A stretch of DNA of 64,000 nucleotides from Psammoneis japonica (Eukaryota): positions 176,388 to 240,387 of the forward strand of contig QPGO01000100.1 in NCBI GenBank assembly GCA_008632985.1. Reading direction: 5' to 3'. Both the position numbers and the translations under genes were made by a program. Under the pieces are notes generated by a model. It had not been told where the DNA came from. It was given only the letters and a program-made list of their open reading frames with translations, and did not search any database. Every line of letters begins with the position of its first letter. The stretch's first letter is position 1. Positions 1 to 12,420 of the stretch are shown one piece after another.

Positions 1-1103
1 CAGCAATTTGCAAAGGTCCCTGCCATGGCGGGAGTCGAATGGCCTCTGGATATAGCTGTAGATAGGACCTGTTGGTGTGACTCGCTGTCTTCAATAGCTG
101 CGTTTGTCGCCTTGTGGACCAACACGTCGGCGTTGGCCGCCAAGGTTGCAATTTGCCGAGAATCACAGGTATCGCCCAGAAGAACAAGTTTTCGCCCCGG
201 GGAGCTGCAAGTCATGTAATCCTTTGGCTCGAGTGTACGCAGTCGTTGGTTGGATTCCATGATTGTAACCGTCTCACCTCGCTGCAAGTTACCCAGTAGC
301 TGGATTGGATTGTGTATCCCACGAGTGTTCAATTGATAGTCACGGTTTTCTTGTGTCATGAGTTCGTCCTTGATGGATGAAATCAGTGATGGATCCAGCT
401 TTCCTTGGTGTGGATGTTCATGAAAGACGTATCCGACCGATTCAATGGTGTGCCTTAGTGGAGCTGCTGACATGGTCCAGGAGTTCGCAACAGGTCCTCC
501 TCCAGGGTGAGACGGGATGCTCCAAGTTCCATCTAGTTTTGCGTTAATGTCCTCTCCTGGTATTTCGCATGAATGCGCAGGCACTTGCAAGACGCCAGAA
601 AAATGGGAAAAGGTTGTCGTAGGAACATTGCAGTTTTGAGCATTCACAAGCTCGTCAATTCGAATTCGAAAGGAAAACCTCGTGGAACTCAAGCCCAGAG
701 CAGCTCGAAGCATGTTTCGCAACCCCTTGGGACCAACAATGTGCACAATCTTTGTAACTTCCGGGTCATCATTATCGCACGGGGAGAGGTGGCTGTTGTT
801 ATCAATGAGACACAAGAGCCCAGGAAGGCCAAAGCAGTGGTCTCCGTGTAAGTGTGTAATGAAAATGCGACTAATGCTGCCCGGAGACAATCGGATCCCT
901 CCTTTTTGCTTTCCACTATTCACAATCTGATGTTGTGTACCTTCGCCACAATCGACTATGATCCATTCAGAACCGATACGAATAGCATTCCCCGAAACGT
1001 TCCGAGTAAGCGACGGTCGCATGGATGCCGTACCCAAAAAGAGAAGCATCACATCCAGTGGCTTGCAAGGCGGTCGATCGTCTTCTCCACCAGCGTGATC
1101 CAT
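1..1103 (-). CDS. rnz: tRNase Z / ribonuclease Z (short form, metallo-beta-lactamase fold); 3' end runs off the window
   Basis: Manual translation from ATG 1103 (MDHAGGEDD...) gives FLGTASMRPSLTRNVSG, IVDCGEGTQ, IFITHLHGDHCFGLPG (HxHxDH), GRKLVLLGDT, DVLVHKAT and RGHST. The start and the C-terminal motifs are in the same frame. It is absent from the ORF track, presumably because there is no stop in the window. Confidence 0.9.
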   Translation of the reverse strand, partial: MDHAGGEDDRPPCKPLDVMLLFLGTASMRPSLTRNVSGNAIRIGSEWIIVDCGEGTQHQIVNSGKQKGGIRLSPGSISRIFITHLHGDHCFGLPGLLCLIDNNSHLSPCDNDDPEVTKIVHIVGPKGLRNMLRAALGLSSTRFSFRIRIDELVNAQNCNVPTTTFSHFSGVLQVPAHSCEIPGEDINAKLDGTWSIPSHPGGGPVANSWTMSAAPLRHTIESVGYVFHEHPHQGKLDPSLISSIKDELMTQENRDYQLNTRGIHNPIQLLGNLQRGETVTIMESNQRLRTLEPKDYMTCSSPGRKLVLLGDTCDSRQIATLAANADVLVHKATNAAIEDSESHQQVLSTAISRGHSTPAMAGTFANC

Positions 1104-1607
1104 TTTTTCTTTCAAACTTGTCTCTTACACTTTTATTGTTGCTTTAAAGTTTGCGCACACTAAAATGCAATTGAATCGACTGAAGGCTCGCGAGATAATG
1201 CTTGGAGTGCCAACAGAACTGCACTGGAACGACGATGTAGGCATGGATGCTTGTAAGAATGAATCTCGTCATGGCCTCTGGCCTTCGGGGTCGGCGGCAG
1301 TTTTGGGACCAATTCAGTGGTACCGGTACAAAAGTAACGTGAAAATTACGTAGAAAAGTGGCGCGAATCACGCAGTCAGTCGGTCGTCGGTTTCCTGCCA
1401 GCCAGGAGCATAGCAGATCTGGATCCAAGACCGGCGGATGGAGTAGAACTATGAATAGAGGTAACCTTACGGCAAGTCGAGCATTTCCTTCAACGATATA
1501 AATGGTAAACGCACTCTGGTTTCATACTGGTAGTGTAACAATCGAGAGCGATAAGGGATTGTGAAGCTTCTGTCGTTTAGTGCAGCAGCTACATCGTAAT
1601 ACTAGAG

Positions 1608-2599
1608 TTATACTGCCATGATTTTATCTTGTTTCGCCTCCACAAGTTGGTTCAACTCTGCAATGACTTGATCGGTAACGGCATTGATCTGCTTGTCAAC
1701 GCGAAAGGCGTCGTCCTTGGAAATGCCCTCCAACAAGCCCTTTTCACCCTTTTTCTTGACAATGCTGAGCGCCCCACGTCGAATGCCACGAATGCGTGTT
1801 CTGGCCACTTCGGCTTGTTTTGACAGTTGCTTGACTGTCTTTTGTCGATTTTCCATGGATGGTCGGGGTATAGGGACACGGAGCGTGCCGTCCTCTTCTA
1901 TTTGTGGATTAAGCTCGAGCATGAGCATGATTGCGTTCTTAACGGGAGTAGCATTGTCCGGGTCAAAGCAAGTGATTGTGGCAAGGGTTGGACTGGTAAT
2001 GACAACTTGTGCGACAGAGCTAAGAGGTGTTTGTTCCCCATAGGCCAGTACGGAAATGGAATCAAAGAGCTCTGGTGTCGGTTCACCACCACGAATCGAT
2101 TTGAAGGATTCCTCCACGGATTTCACCACTCTCATCATGCGTTTCTTCACTTCTTCTGGATCCGGTAGTGTAGGGGTTTCGTCTGCATCTTCTTGTTCAA
2201 AATTATCTTCAGACTCGAACTCTTCCAACGGAGCAAGCTCCTCTGGTTCTGATTGAGAAACAGCAGCAGGAGCTTCGTCCTCGTGATGGGCATGCTTTCC
2301 CTTTTTGCGCTCCTTCTTCTTACGATGGCGCTCTTGTGCTTGACGATGTGATTCTTCGTGGGCCATTTCTTTCAGATTTTCCAATCGCCTACCCATTTTT
2401 CCACCCTTGCGTCCAAACCAGCAACGTTGCTGACGTTGGAACGGCTGCTGCTGCAACAAAGATGAGGCACGCGTCGATGAATCACGAAGGTTATGGAAGT
2501 CTGAATCGCAGAGCCAGATGCTACGGCCTCATTCATCGTTGAAGAAGCTCCACATATGGGACGTAATACTGTCCTATGGACCAACAATCGAGACGCCAT
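1608..2599 (-). CDS. MRRF: Mitochondrial-type ribosome recycling factor (frameshift near 2460 between presequence and body)
   Basis: ORF 1608-2459 has RRF motifs (IRGGEPTPELFDSI, PLSSVAQV, LRVPIPRPSMENR, ARTRIRGIRR). Upstream ORF from 2599 (MASRLLVHRTVLRP) looks like a mitochondrial presequence in another frame. Confidence 0.8.
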
Positions 2600-3089
2600 G
2601 GTGGAAACAAACGAAAGGGCTTGTAACAGTGATGAAAAGTGAGGGGTGATGTCTCACTTGTCGTGGAGCCCGGTACAATTTCTACGTGGTCTCACGTTCT
2701 CACCAATCTTTCGTCTGTCAGCCTTGATGATTCGCGACCCATCCGACCAAAACCGGCGGGGGCAACTCTACACAGTATCGCTATTTCAATTTAGATTCTC
2801 TACTTCTACTCTCTCTAATGTAGTAATTAATAGCTACTACTACTCTACACTAGCTAGTAGCTAGCTACTCTCTACTCTAGGGAGCTAGCTCTAGAGAGCA
2901 CTGGTGCAAAGTTGTAAGGACTTATCTCTATACTGTAGAGATTGAGTATACTATCCATTAGTTCTGTACTTTGCAACGAAGCCGCGTTGACACGGAGAAT
3001 TCAAAAGGTTCGGCGATGGTCGTGCATACTTGATTCCAGCAGCTGGCAAACGTCTACAGAAGGACGAGCCAGAACCAAGTAAGTGTCGT

Positions 3090-5733
3090 TTAGAGAAAGT
3101 TGGTCCACGCGCTTTGTGCTGAACTTGGAGCATCGCCCCGAGCATTCGTCGTGTTTTCTTGGATGAAACGGACCATGTCCTCACTTTGTTCAGCTTGTGT
3201 GGTTGACAAAAACGGTGTCATGGCCCAAACCTCGATGTTGGATACCTCAAATCTGCCGTCTTCTGAAGCTACCAAAGAGGGATTGTCATAAGTCAAACAT
3301 GGACTAGATGTTCCCTTGGACAGACCATCTTCAACAATAAAGCCAAAGCCATCACGAGAAATGCCAACGCCACTGACAATTCCACTGCCAGCGGCAATCC
3401 TTTCGTCCGACAAGAGCTGACACTCATCACTTTCTCCCGTCCACCAAAAAATCTCGACATCCCCCTCCTTCCGAGCAACCTCATCTAGTACCTCCTTGTC
3501 AAGTGCTGAATCTCCGTTGGCGGGCGTGCTACGTTGTTCCTTCATTCGCCAGAGAAATGATTCACCGCTCATCTCGTACGTGTTTGTCTTTTTCCACGGA
3601 TTATTCATAAAGCATCCAAACACATCGCCCTCTAGTGTCTCAATGGCAAGAACTGTATTCTTGGAAAACATTATTCTCGGCTCCAATGCTGCAATGGAAG
3701 CGCCATCCCGTACAAGGCTGTATTTCATCCAAAAGTTGTATTCCCGGCACGACATGGGCAAGTGCTGATGTAGCGCTTCCATGAGTGGCGGCGTCAAAAC
3801 GTGTGGCAAGCATGACTTGTCGTGCTTGTTGGTTCCCAAAATGACAAAGTCCACCGTATCCACGTCCACACCGGGTTGAAGCATGTGGTCCACCCAAGAT
3901 TTGCGCTTGGGGATTTCGTATTGCTCGTCTTGTTCAACAGCTGCTGATGCTGCGCCCACGCTTTCAGGTCGATCCGGTTTAGACTTCGTGACGCGGTTGA
4001 ATGCAATTGCCTTGCGGGCCAGCCTTCTCCACTTGGCGCCTATAGTTGTGGAACCTCGCTCGTAGTGCACCTCCCATAGTTTCACAAACACATGTGACCT
4101 CTGTCGATTGTCCAGATACATGCTTTGCCGTTTGCTTCTGAGACTTTGCGTATTCTTCCCGTCCGACGGACACCGCAGTAAAAAGGTCCAGACCGCGGCA
4201 CCCAAACCAAACGCGAGTCCAATGACGGACCATAACGCAATGGCATCCGCGCCATTGTTGGACCCCCAAGAGGCCGTCATAAAGGTTGAGACTAGTACTC
4301 CAGCGACTGCAGGTGCTACCGCTCGGGCACAGAGCGCTCCAAGCGTCATGATGCGAGCCACATGGTCCCGATGACAGGGTGGAACAGTCCTACCAGTGGC
4401 CACTCCCACAAGAGCAAAATACATGGAACAAAAGATTCGAAGGCAACCAATCAAGACTGCCAAAAACAAAAAGGAACTCCAGTTCAAGTCTCCGGGCGGT
4501 GAATTCAATACGTCTTCTGTTGTTGTTATTGTAGCTCCAGAAGACGAAAACATTTCAGTATTGTTGTCATGTTTATCCTTTGTGTGCAAATAAAAATACG
4601 TCCCACCATTGAGTGCCAGCATGACGGGAACAAACACACTCGGTACGTTGCCCAGGACGGATGCCACTTTGAGACTGGGATACAGTCCAAAGGACGAGTT
4701 GTCCGACGATGAAATAATATTATGTTCCAAAGACAAGCTTTGACTTGCAACCACCATGAGTCCCGCTGTGGACAAGATCCAACCAATCTGTTTGGGTACA
4801 AGTCCGGGTCCCGACAATTGGGCAATCAAGAATAGTGGCAGAGCTTCATCCACGCAAACCACAACAAAGGAAAAGGACCAGTAGGCAATCAAGTGTAATC
4901 TTGTGTTGGCGCTTTTCCACACGTTTTGCATTATTGCGTGATCATCAGTAATGGCATGTGTTGTTGTTGGTTTGTGACAAGAGTGGACGTTTCTCTTCTG
5001 ACGAGGCAGATGCTCTTGTTGCGTTGATGTTGTTGAATACCGGTTCGCTTCTGTCGTCTTGCACAAACGCAGCAACCGCCACCATGGATAAAAGACAAAG
5101 CATTGCACCAACGATATTGGGTAATAGAAATGGATAGGGTATCTCGATTGCGTTTGGCATCCATGAATCTTTTGAAAGCGCCCCAGAGTTGGAGAGCATT
5201 CCACCTACGCATGGACCCAATACCGATCCCCACCACATGACTGCCAATATCCGAGACGGTGCCAATTCCTCTTCATGTGATGTAGCAGCTTCGTCAAGAT
5301 CTTTCCTACTCGATCTCTTGGTGGCAGCAACCTTTTGTATGTTAATAGCGATTCGCTTGAGACACCCCGACAAGCTGTTGGAGAGCCCTAGACAAAACCG
5401 AGCCAGAACTGCCGACGAAAACGTTGTCGACATGCCAAACCACACAGAGCACACGGCCGACAAGAAGAGACTCAATAGAAGCGAATTCTTATCACCACAC
5501 ACTTGCCAGTGTCGAAGCTTTTTCCACGGGACAAACCCCAGACACCGACCCGTGGTAAAGGCCGTGCCCAACAAACCCGCATACCAACCCACGTTATCGA
5601 CCGTCACGTCGTCATGGTGCTTTACCATCAAGGACATATATCCCAAGTAGGGAAAACAATGAAAAAGAAGAAATGAGTGGGTAATGGCTGACAGGCATAG
5701 CGCTGCTGTTGAAGCGCTGCTATGAAACGTCAT
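3090..5733 (-). CDS. MFS transporter (ZIF1/ZIFL-like) fused to a C-terminal TLDc domain; frameshift near 4950-4980
   Basis: ORF 4945-5733 has the N-half TMs (VGWYAGLLGTAFTTGR, ARFCLGL, YPFLLPN). ORF 3090-5204 has the C-half TMs, then TLDc motifs (KYSLVRDGAS, GDVFGCF, GESFLW, CLTYDNPSL, FEVSNIEVW). Confidence 0.8.
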
Positions 5734-6147
5734 TGCGTTTGACTTTTTGTTTTGCGATTCTGGATATTTTTTTGGGTTGCGGGTTCTGGATCTTTCTGGC
5801 GACGTGGAATCAGATATGGCCTCGTGTGCTTTAAAATCTCGCGTGATGAGCGCCGATGAGCGCAGCGCGCGCAGCGAGCAAGGCGCCGTCCGTCTGTCTA
5901 CCGGTATCGTCCAAGCGTGGGATGCGAGCGCGGGAAAAAAGATCGCGCATCACCAGCACGACTGGACGACCATGATCATTCATCATTGTTCTCGAGCGCA
6001 CTCTCGACGACACGCCATTCTCCTGAAAACAACAAAACACTCATCAGCAGCCACATTGTGCATCCCTTTTCTACAAGTGTGTGCCGGACAGAGTGATTCC
6101 GCCATCCTCTTTTTTTGGTTCTGCCGATAGATTCAAAAACAGCAAAC

Positions 6148-7986
6148 ATGACATCTGAGGAAAACAATGACGTGAACGACCATCAGCCTACAGCGTCGCC
6201 AGATCTTGTATGCGAAGAGCCGCAAAAGACAAACTCCATGGTGAACATGAATGACACAACCCAGGAGGGTTCTCTGTGTGTGGAAACAACAGAAAGCGAA
6301 TGTCAAGAATCTGCATCTGCAACGTTTCTTTCCAATGCTGAAAGCAGCTGTGTGTGCTCTTCCGAAGAAGAAGAAGAAGAAGAAGAAGAAGAAGAAGAAG
6401 AAGAATACGATGACCGGAAAAGTCTCAAAGGCTCAACACAAAGTATGCCTGTTGCTCTAGAAATCACGATAGGCAGAGAGCGAGAAGAATCTTCTCAAGA
6501 TTCTGATGCTTCTTCCATCATTTCTGATGGTGGGCATCGATTTTGGAGCAAGCAGAAGGCACAACGGTGCATGCACGATTCCATTCAGGAAATGTCGAAT
6601 CTTTTGTGTTTTCCGCCCGAAGTCGCAATTGTGCTCTTGAAAAAGTACAAGTGGGATGGGAAACGACTCATGGACGAGTACTATTTTGATACCAGTCAAC
6701 AAGACAAGATTCAGGCCGACTGCGGTGTACTGAACCGCTGTTGTCGCGTGGTACTGGCTTGATACAAGACGCAGACACGGCACCAACAAGTTCGACGAAA
6801 GGACAGTGTTGCGCTATCTGCTATAATGATGAGCTAGATGCAGACGAATTGTTTGATATGGCATGTGGTCATGAATTCTGCAAAATCTGTTGGAAAGAAT
6901 ACATTACCGAGGCGATTCGTTCGGGACAATCGTGCGTCTCGATGCGGTGTCCACAGCATCCAAGCTGCAACGAGATTGTTACTCGAATCGAGGTTGCGAA
7001 ACTGGCTCCAGAGGTCCTGAAAGACTATGACGAATACCAGTTTTGCTCCTTTGTAGACACCAACTGGCTCATGCGGTGGTGTCCGGGACCGTCCTGCAAT
7101 CGTGTGGTGGTTGGGTCGCCGTCTGCTGGATTAATCGGTCAAGGACAATGCTGCGAATGTGGAACGCGTTGTTGCCTGGAGTGCGGTGAGACACGCCATG
7201 ATCCCGCCACGTGTGACATGATGCAATCGTGGAACCAAAGCGACGACATGCAAACCGCTGACTTGCTCCTGCTATCCACCAAGAAATGTCCCAATTGCAA
7301 TGTCAAAATTACAAAGAATGGAGGCTGTAGTCACGTGAGTATTACGTACCGGCGCATTCGGTTGTCGCCACAATGCTGTCATCCTTTGCTTCTCTGAATC
7401 ATTCTAATCTTGTTTGTCATTGATCGTGCGTATCCTACAGATGACGTGTTCTCAGTGTCAATTTCATTTCTGTTGGTTGTGCATGCAAGACTGGAACGTT
7501 CACGCATACCAACGAGCTTGTAATAAGTTTGAATTGGATCAAGCCAAAACGATGGAGGACCCGAAACGACAAGACGCGGAACGTCGCGCACATTGTCTCG
7601 AACGCTTTCAAAACCATGCTCAGGCTCAGAAGTTTGCCGAGGGAGAGCTGGAGAAATTCAGACAGATTCAAGAAGAAAAGGAGAAGGATGACTCATCTTT
7701 TGACTGGAATACACTGAACAAGGCACTCGGCCAACTTGTGGAGTGCCGTAGAGTCCTCAAGTACACCTATGTTGTCACGTATTGTCTCGGTGATCGACCC
7801 GTCCAACGGGAACTCGTGGAAGACCATCAGGCTCTCCTTGAGCGCTTCACGGAGAGGCTGAGCGAGATTAGTGAGAAAGACTATCGTAAAATCGATCGTA
7901 GCGAGCTTGTCAACTTGACGGAAACCGTTACTCGGTATGCAAAGAATGTGATGGATTGCGAGATCGATGAATACAACATGGAGTAG
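6148..7986 (+). CDS. Ariadne-type RBR E3 ubiquitin ligase; intron 7335-7440, frameshift near 6750
   Basis: Acidic N-terminus, RING1 (CAIC...CGHEFCKICW), IBR (WCPGPSC) and RING2 (TKKCPNC...KNGGCSH|MTCSQCQFHFCWLC, joined across a GTGAGT...CTACAG intron). Ariadne domain ECRRVLKYTY follows. Confidence 0.9.
6364..6405 (+). repeat. (GAA)14 microsatellite encoding poly-Glu in the Ariadne gene
   Basis: Perfect GAA run read directly. Confidence 0.95.
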
Positions 7987-9022
7987 CTGTTAGGAGGAAG
8001 TTTATCGTGTAAGGGAACAGCTGACTGTATTGATGAAAGCCTCCCAGGCGTGCTCCGTATAGCACGAGCCGACAATGTACTTGCAGGCCAGGTTAGCTGT
8101 GCTACTAGAGTACGTAAATGACTTCAAACTGTTGTTCTAGAGAATCAATTGCAAGTGTAAGAAGCTATGAGGGTTTGTGTCGACCCCAAATTAGGATTTA
8201 TAGAATTCATAGCCAAATTAAGGGTGTATAGAATCCATAGCATATATTCTTGAACGTCTCTTTGCTGTAGTTGTATGTAGGATTCTCTAGCATGGCCATT
8301 GATGCAAGTCAAGCTGCGCCGAGAGTCTTCTAAAAACCAGCCAGCTATGGAGAGGAGGTAGAGAAATCTGACTGAATGACAAGCTGCGAAAATCGGCATG
8401 GGACCGTTTCGCAGCTTTGTTGCGAGCCAACACGTAGTCTCGCTAGACTGATCGCTTCCTACTGTAGGAGTCATGAAAGTTAGCTGGGAAGAAACGAAAA
8501 GTACGACCGACAGACAAGCTCTAGCTCTAGAGAGCGAGAGGGAGTGACGGTGCTGACGGTTGAAGCTTTGATGATTTTGAAACGTACCTGCTGACCTCTG
8601 TACAGTATCATGAACTTGTTGTATCGACGCCGCATGCAGTTAGCAGAGGGCAAAGCAACTAGTAGTAGTACCTGATCCCTATCATGTGATAGACCCACTG
8701 AAGGATGAGTCATGCCTTCTTTATGCTGGACGGTCTGCACAGTACAGTGGGAAGAGCCAAAGGTTCATGGGCGTTATGAAACTCAAGTATTGCTGATACA
8801 GTCTGTATGGTACAAAGAGTGTTGATGTGATAAGTTCTTATGTATTATAGAGAGGGGCTGTTATGAGTACTCCAACAACATCAGAGTTGGTAAGTGCCCG
8901 TTCAAAAGATGGCCCAATGAATCTGACCAATAATACAATGCGTGTAGCTAGGAAGCCCATGAATCAAGTGAATTGCGAAATGATTCAATCAATGTGAAGT
9001 CAATGTTTGAAGAGTGCACAAC

Positions 9023-10030
9023 TCATGGATTGCCTCGCAAATTTCTGTTACCGGGCCCCAGTGTCAGTTCCGGTGGCGAGTCACTCCAAAGGCTCACAGA
9101 ACTGGTTTTGGCACAGCTCGGGTTACGACATGTTCCAATAAAGTCGTACGCGGCTAGCTTCCTCCCTTGCCCGTCTGCAACCTGGAAGCATTTTCCGCTC
9201 AAGTAGTCCAGGCCTCGCGACACCTTGCCACATTGGCCACGGGCAAAGTCGCACTTCCTGGGGGTCTTGTACTCGTTGCATACCTTGCATGCCGAGTCGC
9301 GACAGTGAGCCCGCACAAACTCGACCTTGTCTTGCCCAAACCGGTCCTTGCCACAAGTGGCAATGTAGTATCCAATGTTGTTTAGGCCGCGGCTTCTTTC
9401 GCATTTACCAGTGACTTTGATCTCAACATTGCTTCCAAAGTTTCTCATAGGTCTGCATACATTGTTCTGTCGGGTACGCATCTGCCACTTGCATTCCTCA
9501 CGTCCCAGCCCCACAGGCCTTGAGGCACATTGAGAACCGACTCTTCCGACTACTCCATAAGCGGCAGCAGACTTGCCGCTCCCTGGAACACGCTGCTGTT
9601 GGCAGGTGTTGGTTGTCTGCTTTTGAAGAGCTGGGACGAAACCGCACTCGCCACTAGAAATATCACACTCGGGAGCGTAGGGTTTGCAGTTCAGGCATCG
9701 ACTGTCGGAGCAGTGAGAACGTTCAAAGGTGACTCCGTCGTTCCCGGAGCGTACGGCAACGTAGTACCAGCCCTGATTGCTTCGATTGCACCGTCCGTTG
9801 ACGAGAATGTTACTGACCTGGCCTCCGTTACGAAAGAGGGTCTGGCAATCCGCATTGACCTGGTAACGAAGCTGCACCGTGCAAGAATTAGCATTGAGCT
9901 CGCGCTGTTCAGGAGTGAGGCTCTCGTCGACCGGAAACGGAAACGACTCTTGCTCGGCACGAACACTGCACAAGCAGAGAGCCCATACGGCAAGTACAAG
10001 AGTCTGGAGAGAAACGGACTTGTTCATCAT
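9023..10030 (-). CDS. Secreted cysteine-rich protein with two tandem ~120-aa domains, function unknown
   Basis: Signal peptide (LVLAVWALCLCSVRA). Two copies of a Cys pattern (HCSDSRCLNC...CDISSGECG / HCRDSACKVC...CDFARGQCG). Single ORF with normal Tyr use. Confidence 0.75.
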   Translation of the reverse strand: MMNKSVSLQTLVLAVWALCLCSVRAEQESFPFPVDESLTPEQRELNANSCTVQLRYQVNADCQTLFRNGGQVSNILVNGRCNRSNQGWYYVAVRSGNDGVTFERSHCSDSRCLNCKPYAPECDISSGECGFVPALQKQTTNTCQQQRVPGSGKSAAAYGVVGRVGSQCASRPVGLGREECKWQMRTRQNNVCRPMRNFGSNVEIKVTGKCERSRGLNNIGYYIATCGKDRFGQDKVEFVRAHCRDSACKVCNEYKTPRKCDFARGQCGKVSRGLDYLSGKCFQVADGQGRKLAAYDFIGTCRNPSCAKTSSVSLWSDSPPELTLGPGNRNLRGNP

Positions 10031-10619
10031 CGTCTTCTTCTTCTTCTCTTATCAAACTGACTTGCTGTTGGAATTGTGAGAGTCGAGTCTCTGGGTTTTA
10101 GTGCGAGTGTTGGTGCAGGAAGTTTTGCATGTGCGTGGCCGAAAAATGATCATCGGAGTGGCGATCGGAGTCGAACGGCCAAAATTGTGTTTATGCCGAA
10201 ATTGCTGTTGCGAATCTTGTAGACGAAAATAGCTCGATCGAAAATGCCAATTCCCGCCATTTTAATTAACAAAAATTGGCGGTTACACACGAATGGCGGG
10301 CTGAGTATGGTGAAAATAGAGCTAATCCACACGTAAGATCTAAAAATGCCGTTGGAATGTCATAATTCTGTTGGAACAACGGAAAATGCGGAATGTTAAT
10401 TGATGCCGATGTTGTCCAATGCTTTTGTATGTGCAAAATGAATGATATATTCATTTTGTTTATTAGATATATGTGTTCAAAGATCCGACGATCGCGACGT
10501 CATACGAACGTCTACGTGGCCTGCTACGTGGTTTTGAAATTTCGTCGAAAATCCGAACCTTCACCAAATTTTTCGAAATGAATTACTATGTATGCAATCA
10601 TTGTTATCTAATAAAAATT

Positions 10620-12420
10620 GAACAGATGTTTTTCGTCCGTCCTTGGTGTGAGAAAGATCGCGAGAACCGCCAAACGTCAACAGCCAACAATCAAACCACT
10701 GGCAGCATGCACGACACCACTCGTTGCGTGTTGCGTGCCTGTTGCATTCGCGGCGTCCGTGCGTCAGGTAAACGCGTCATCGATCGCCTCGGGAATTTCT
10801 GGTCTCGAGTTTCCTCTCTGCTCACAACTTTGCCGCAGTGGAGCAACACTCTTTGCTGGTGCCAAGACCATGCTTGCACCATTGCCTTTGCCACCCAGAA
10901 GAACAGAGTGCACAGTGACTTCACGCTGTGCTGCTCTGGCTGCATCCAAACAAGTGCGCCCCAAAAACATGCCCTCAGCGGATGCCATGTTTTGCACTTG
11001 CTTGCACATGGCACAGGTTTTTGAGAACAGCTAGCAGCCAGTGGTGCAATGCCCCTCCTTGTCCAGCAGGTGGTGGCGGGGGGCAGTGGACCTGGCTGCT
11101 GCACTTTGCATGAGGTTTCAGCTCACACGACCCAGCTGGCACCCGCCAGCGGTTGGTGTCACACGTTGCTCAATGCCTGAAAAGAAAAAAACACCTGGGA
11201 AAATTAGAGTCAACTTGTGGCTGCACTTCAAGTCATGAGCTGGAGGAGTCCCCAAGCATTCACACAAGTTTGTCTCTTTTGCTGTTGATGACAACTGCTG
11301 GCGTGTTCATCACCTGACAGCTTTGCTCCAGAGCTGGCATGCAGATTTCTGTGGGCCCAACATTGTCACACAAAATCTTGTCCAGCACTGGAATGCATCC
11401 TCCACTGACATCAATCAGGTGCTGCTGTGCATGCTGCCATCATTCATCATTGCCAGCCCTTCCTTGGCCCCAAAAAACTTGGGCTTCAACCCTGGCAACA
11501 TCCCAGCTCAATGTCTTCAGACATCTGGCACTGGCAATGTGGCACTCTTTTATGCCCAAGTTGACCAACATTGTCTGGCTTTTGAGATGGTGAACCCTGG
11601 TGCGGCACAGACCTCTGCCAGAGTTTTGGGCCCACCCCACCCTCTCCCCAAACACTGCTTGGCCTTTTTGTTTTGCTCTTCCCGCGCATCACATGGGTGG
11701 TGCTGGAAGGCTGCCCCCTTGCACTGCCTAGCTTGGATGCTGGGAGAAGGCATTTTTGGTGCCAGCAGAGTCATCTCCACTCCAGCTCTGGATTTTGCAC
11801 GCTCAGCTCAGTGTGAAGAAACTGCCACATCATTTGTGTGCTGCACAAGCACACTTTTTTGTTGGCCATGCCTGACTTTGCGAGAGTTGCCAGTGATGAC
11901 AAACAAGGAGAAGGTGGTGCCTGTTGCTGGCCTCAAAAGAAGTCAAAGCATCGACTCAGGCACCACTGCTCATCACCTGCCGTGTTGTTTGCTTGCGCGC
12001 ATCGACGAAGGGGGGAGCTGATGTTGGCTGCTGCGCATGGTTGCCAGCCCGCCCCATGTTTGTTTCTTCATCCTTTTTTCTGAGGAGCTGAGAGGAGAAA
12101 CAAGAGACAACTTTGGCGGCTTGCCATTGGCCCCCACTTCTCCCACCTTCCACCAGCCCTGCCATCACGTGCTCGTCTGAGCCTGTCCAGCACTCGCCAG
12201 CAGCAGCTTGGCTGTTGTTGGGAGAAGGCACATTTGGTGCTGGTGCTGTTGGAGCCCATCTCTGTGGCACTCCAGCAGGTTTTAGATTTGCATGTTTTTA
12301 GGATGGGCCTGTCGCGAGGAAACTGCCATTTGACGCAGATGGTCCTGGTGGAGAGTGGCAATGCAGTGACACTGCTCACCGCTCTCACCGCACCGACCGC
12401 ACCCACACACACCTTGGGAT
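10620..12420. repeat. TpA/CpG-eroded repeat-like domain 1 (probable transposon relic)
   Basis: TA is nearly absent and TG/CA dominate. Only Tyr-poor, Cys/His-rich spurious ORFs. No recognisable domain. Confidence 0.55.

Noticed and set aside
9530..10060. Antisense ORFs over real genes (also 5189-5650, 31599-32114, 32035-32544)
   Set aside because: Shadow ORFs opposite well-supported CDSs.
10140..10620. AT-rich segment as a DNA-transposon terminal inverted repeat
   Set aside because: I could not find a matching inverted end or TSD near 12420-12520 by eye.
11323..12021. 232-aa ORF here and 308-aa ORF at 14666-15592
   Set aside because: Same stop-codon depletion artefact, with no recognisable domain.
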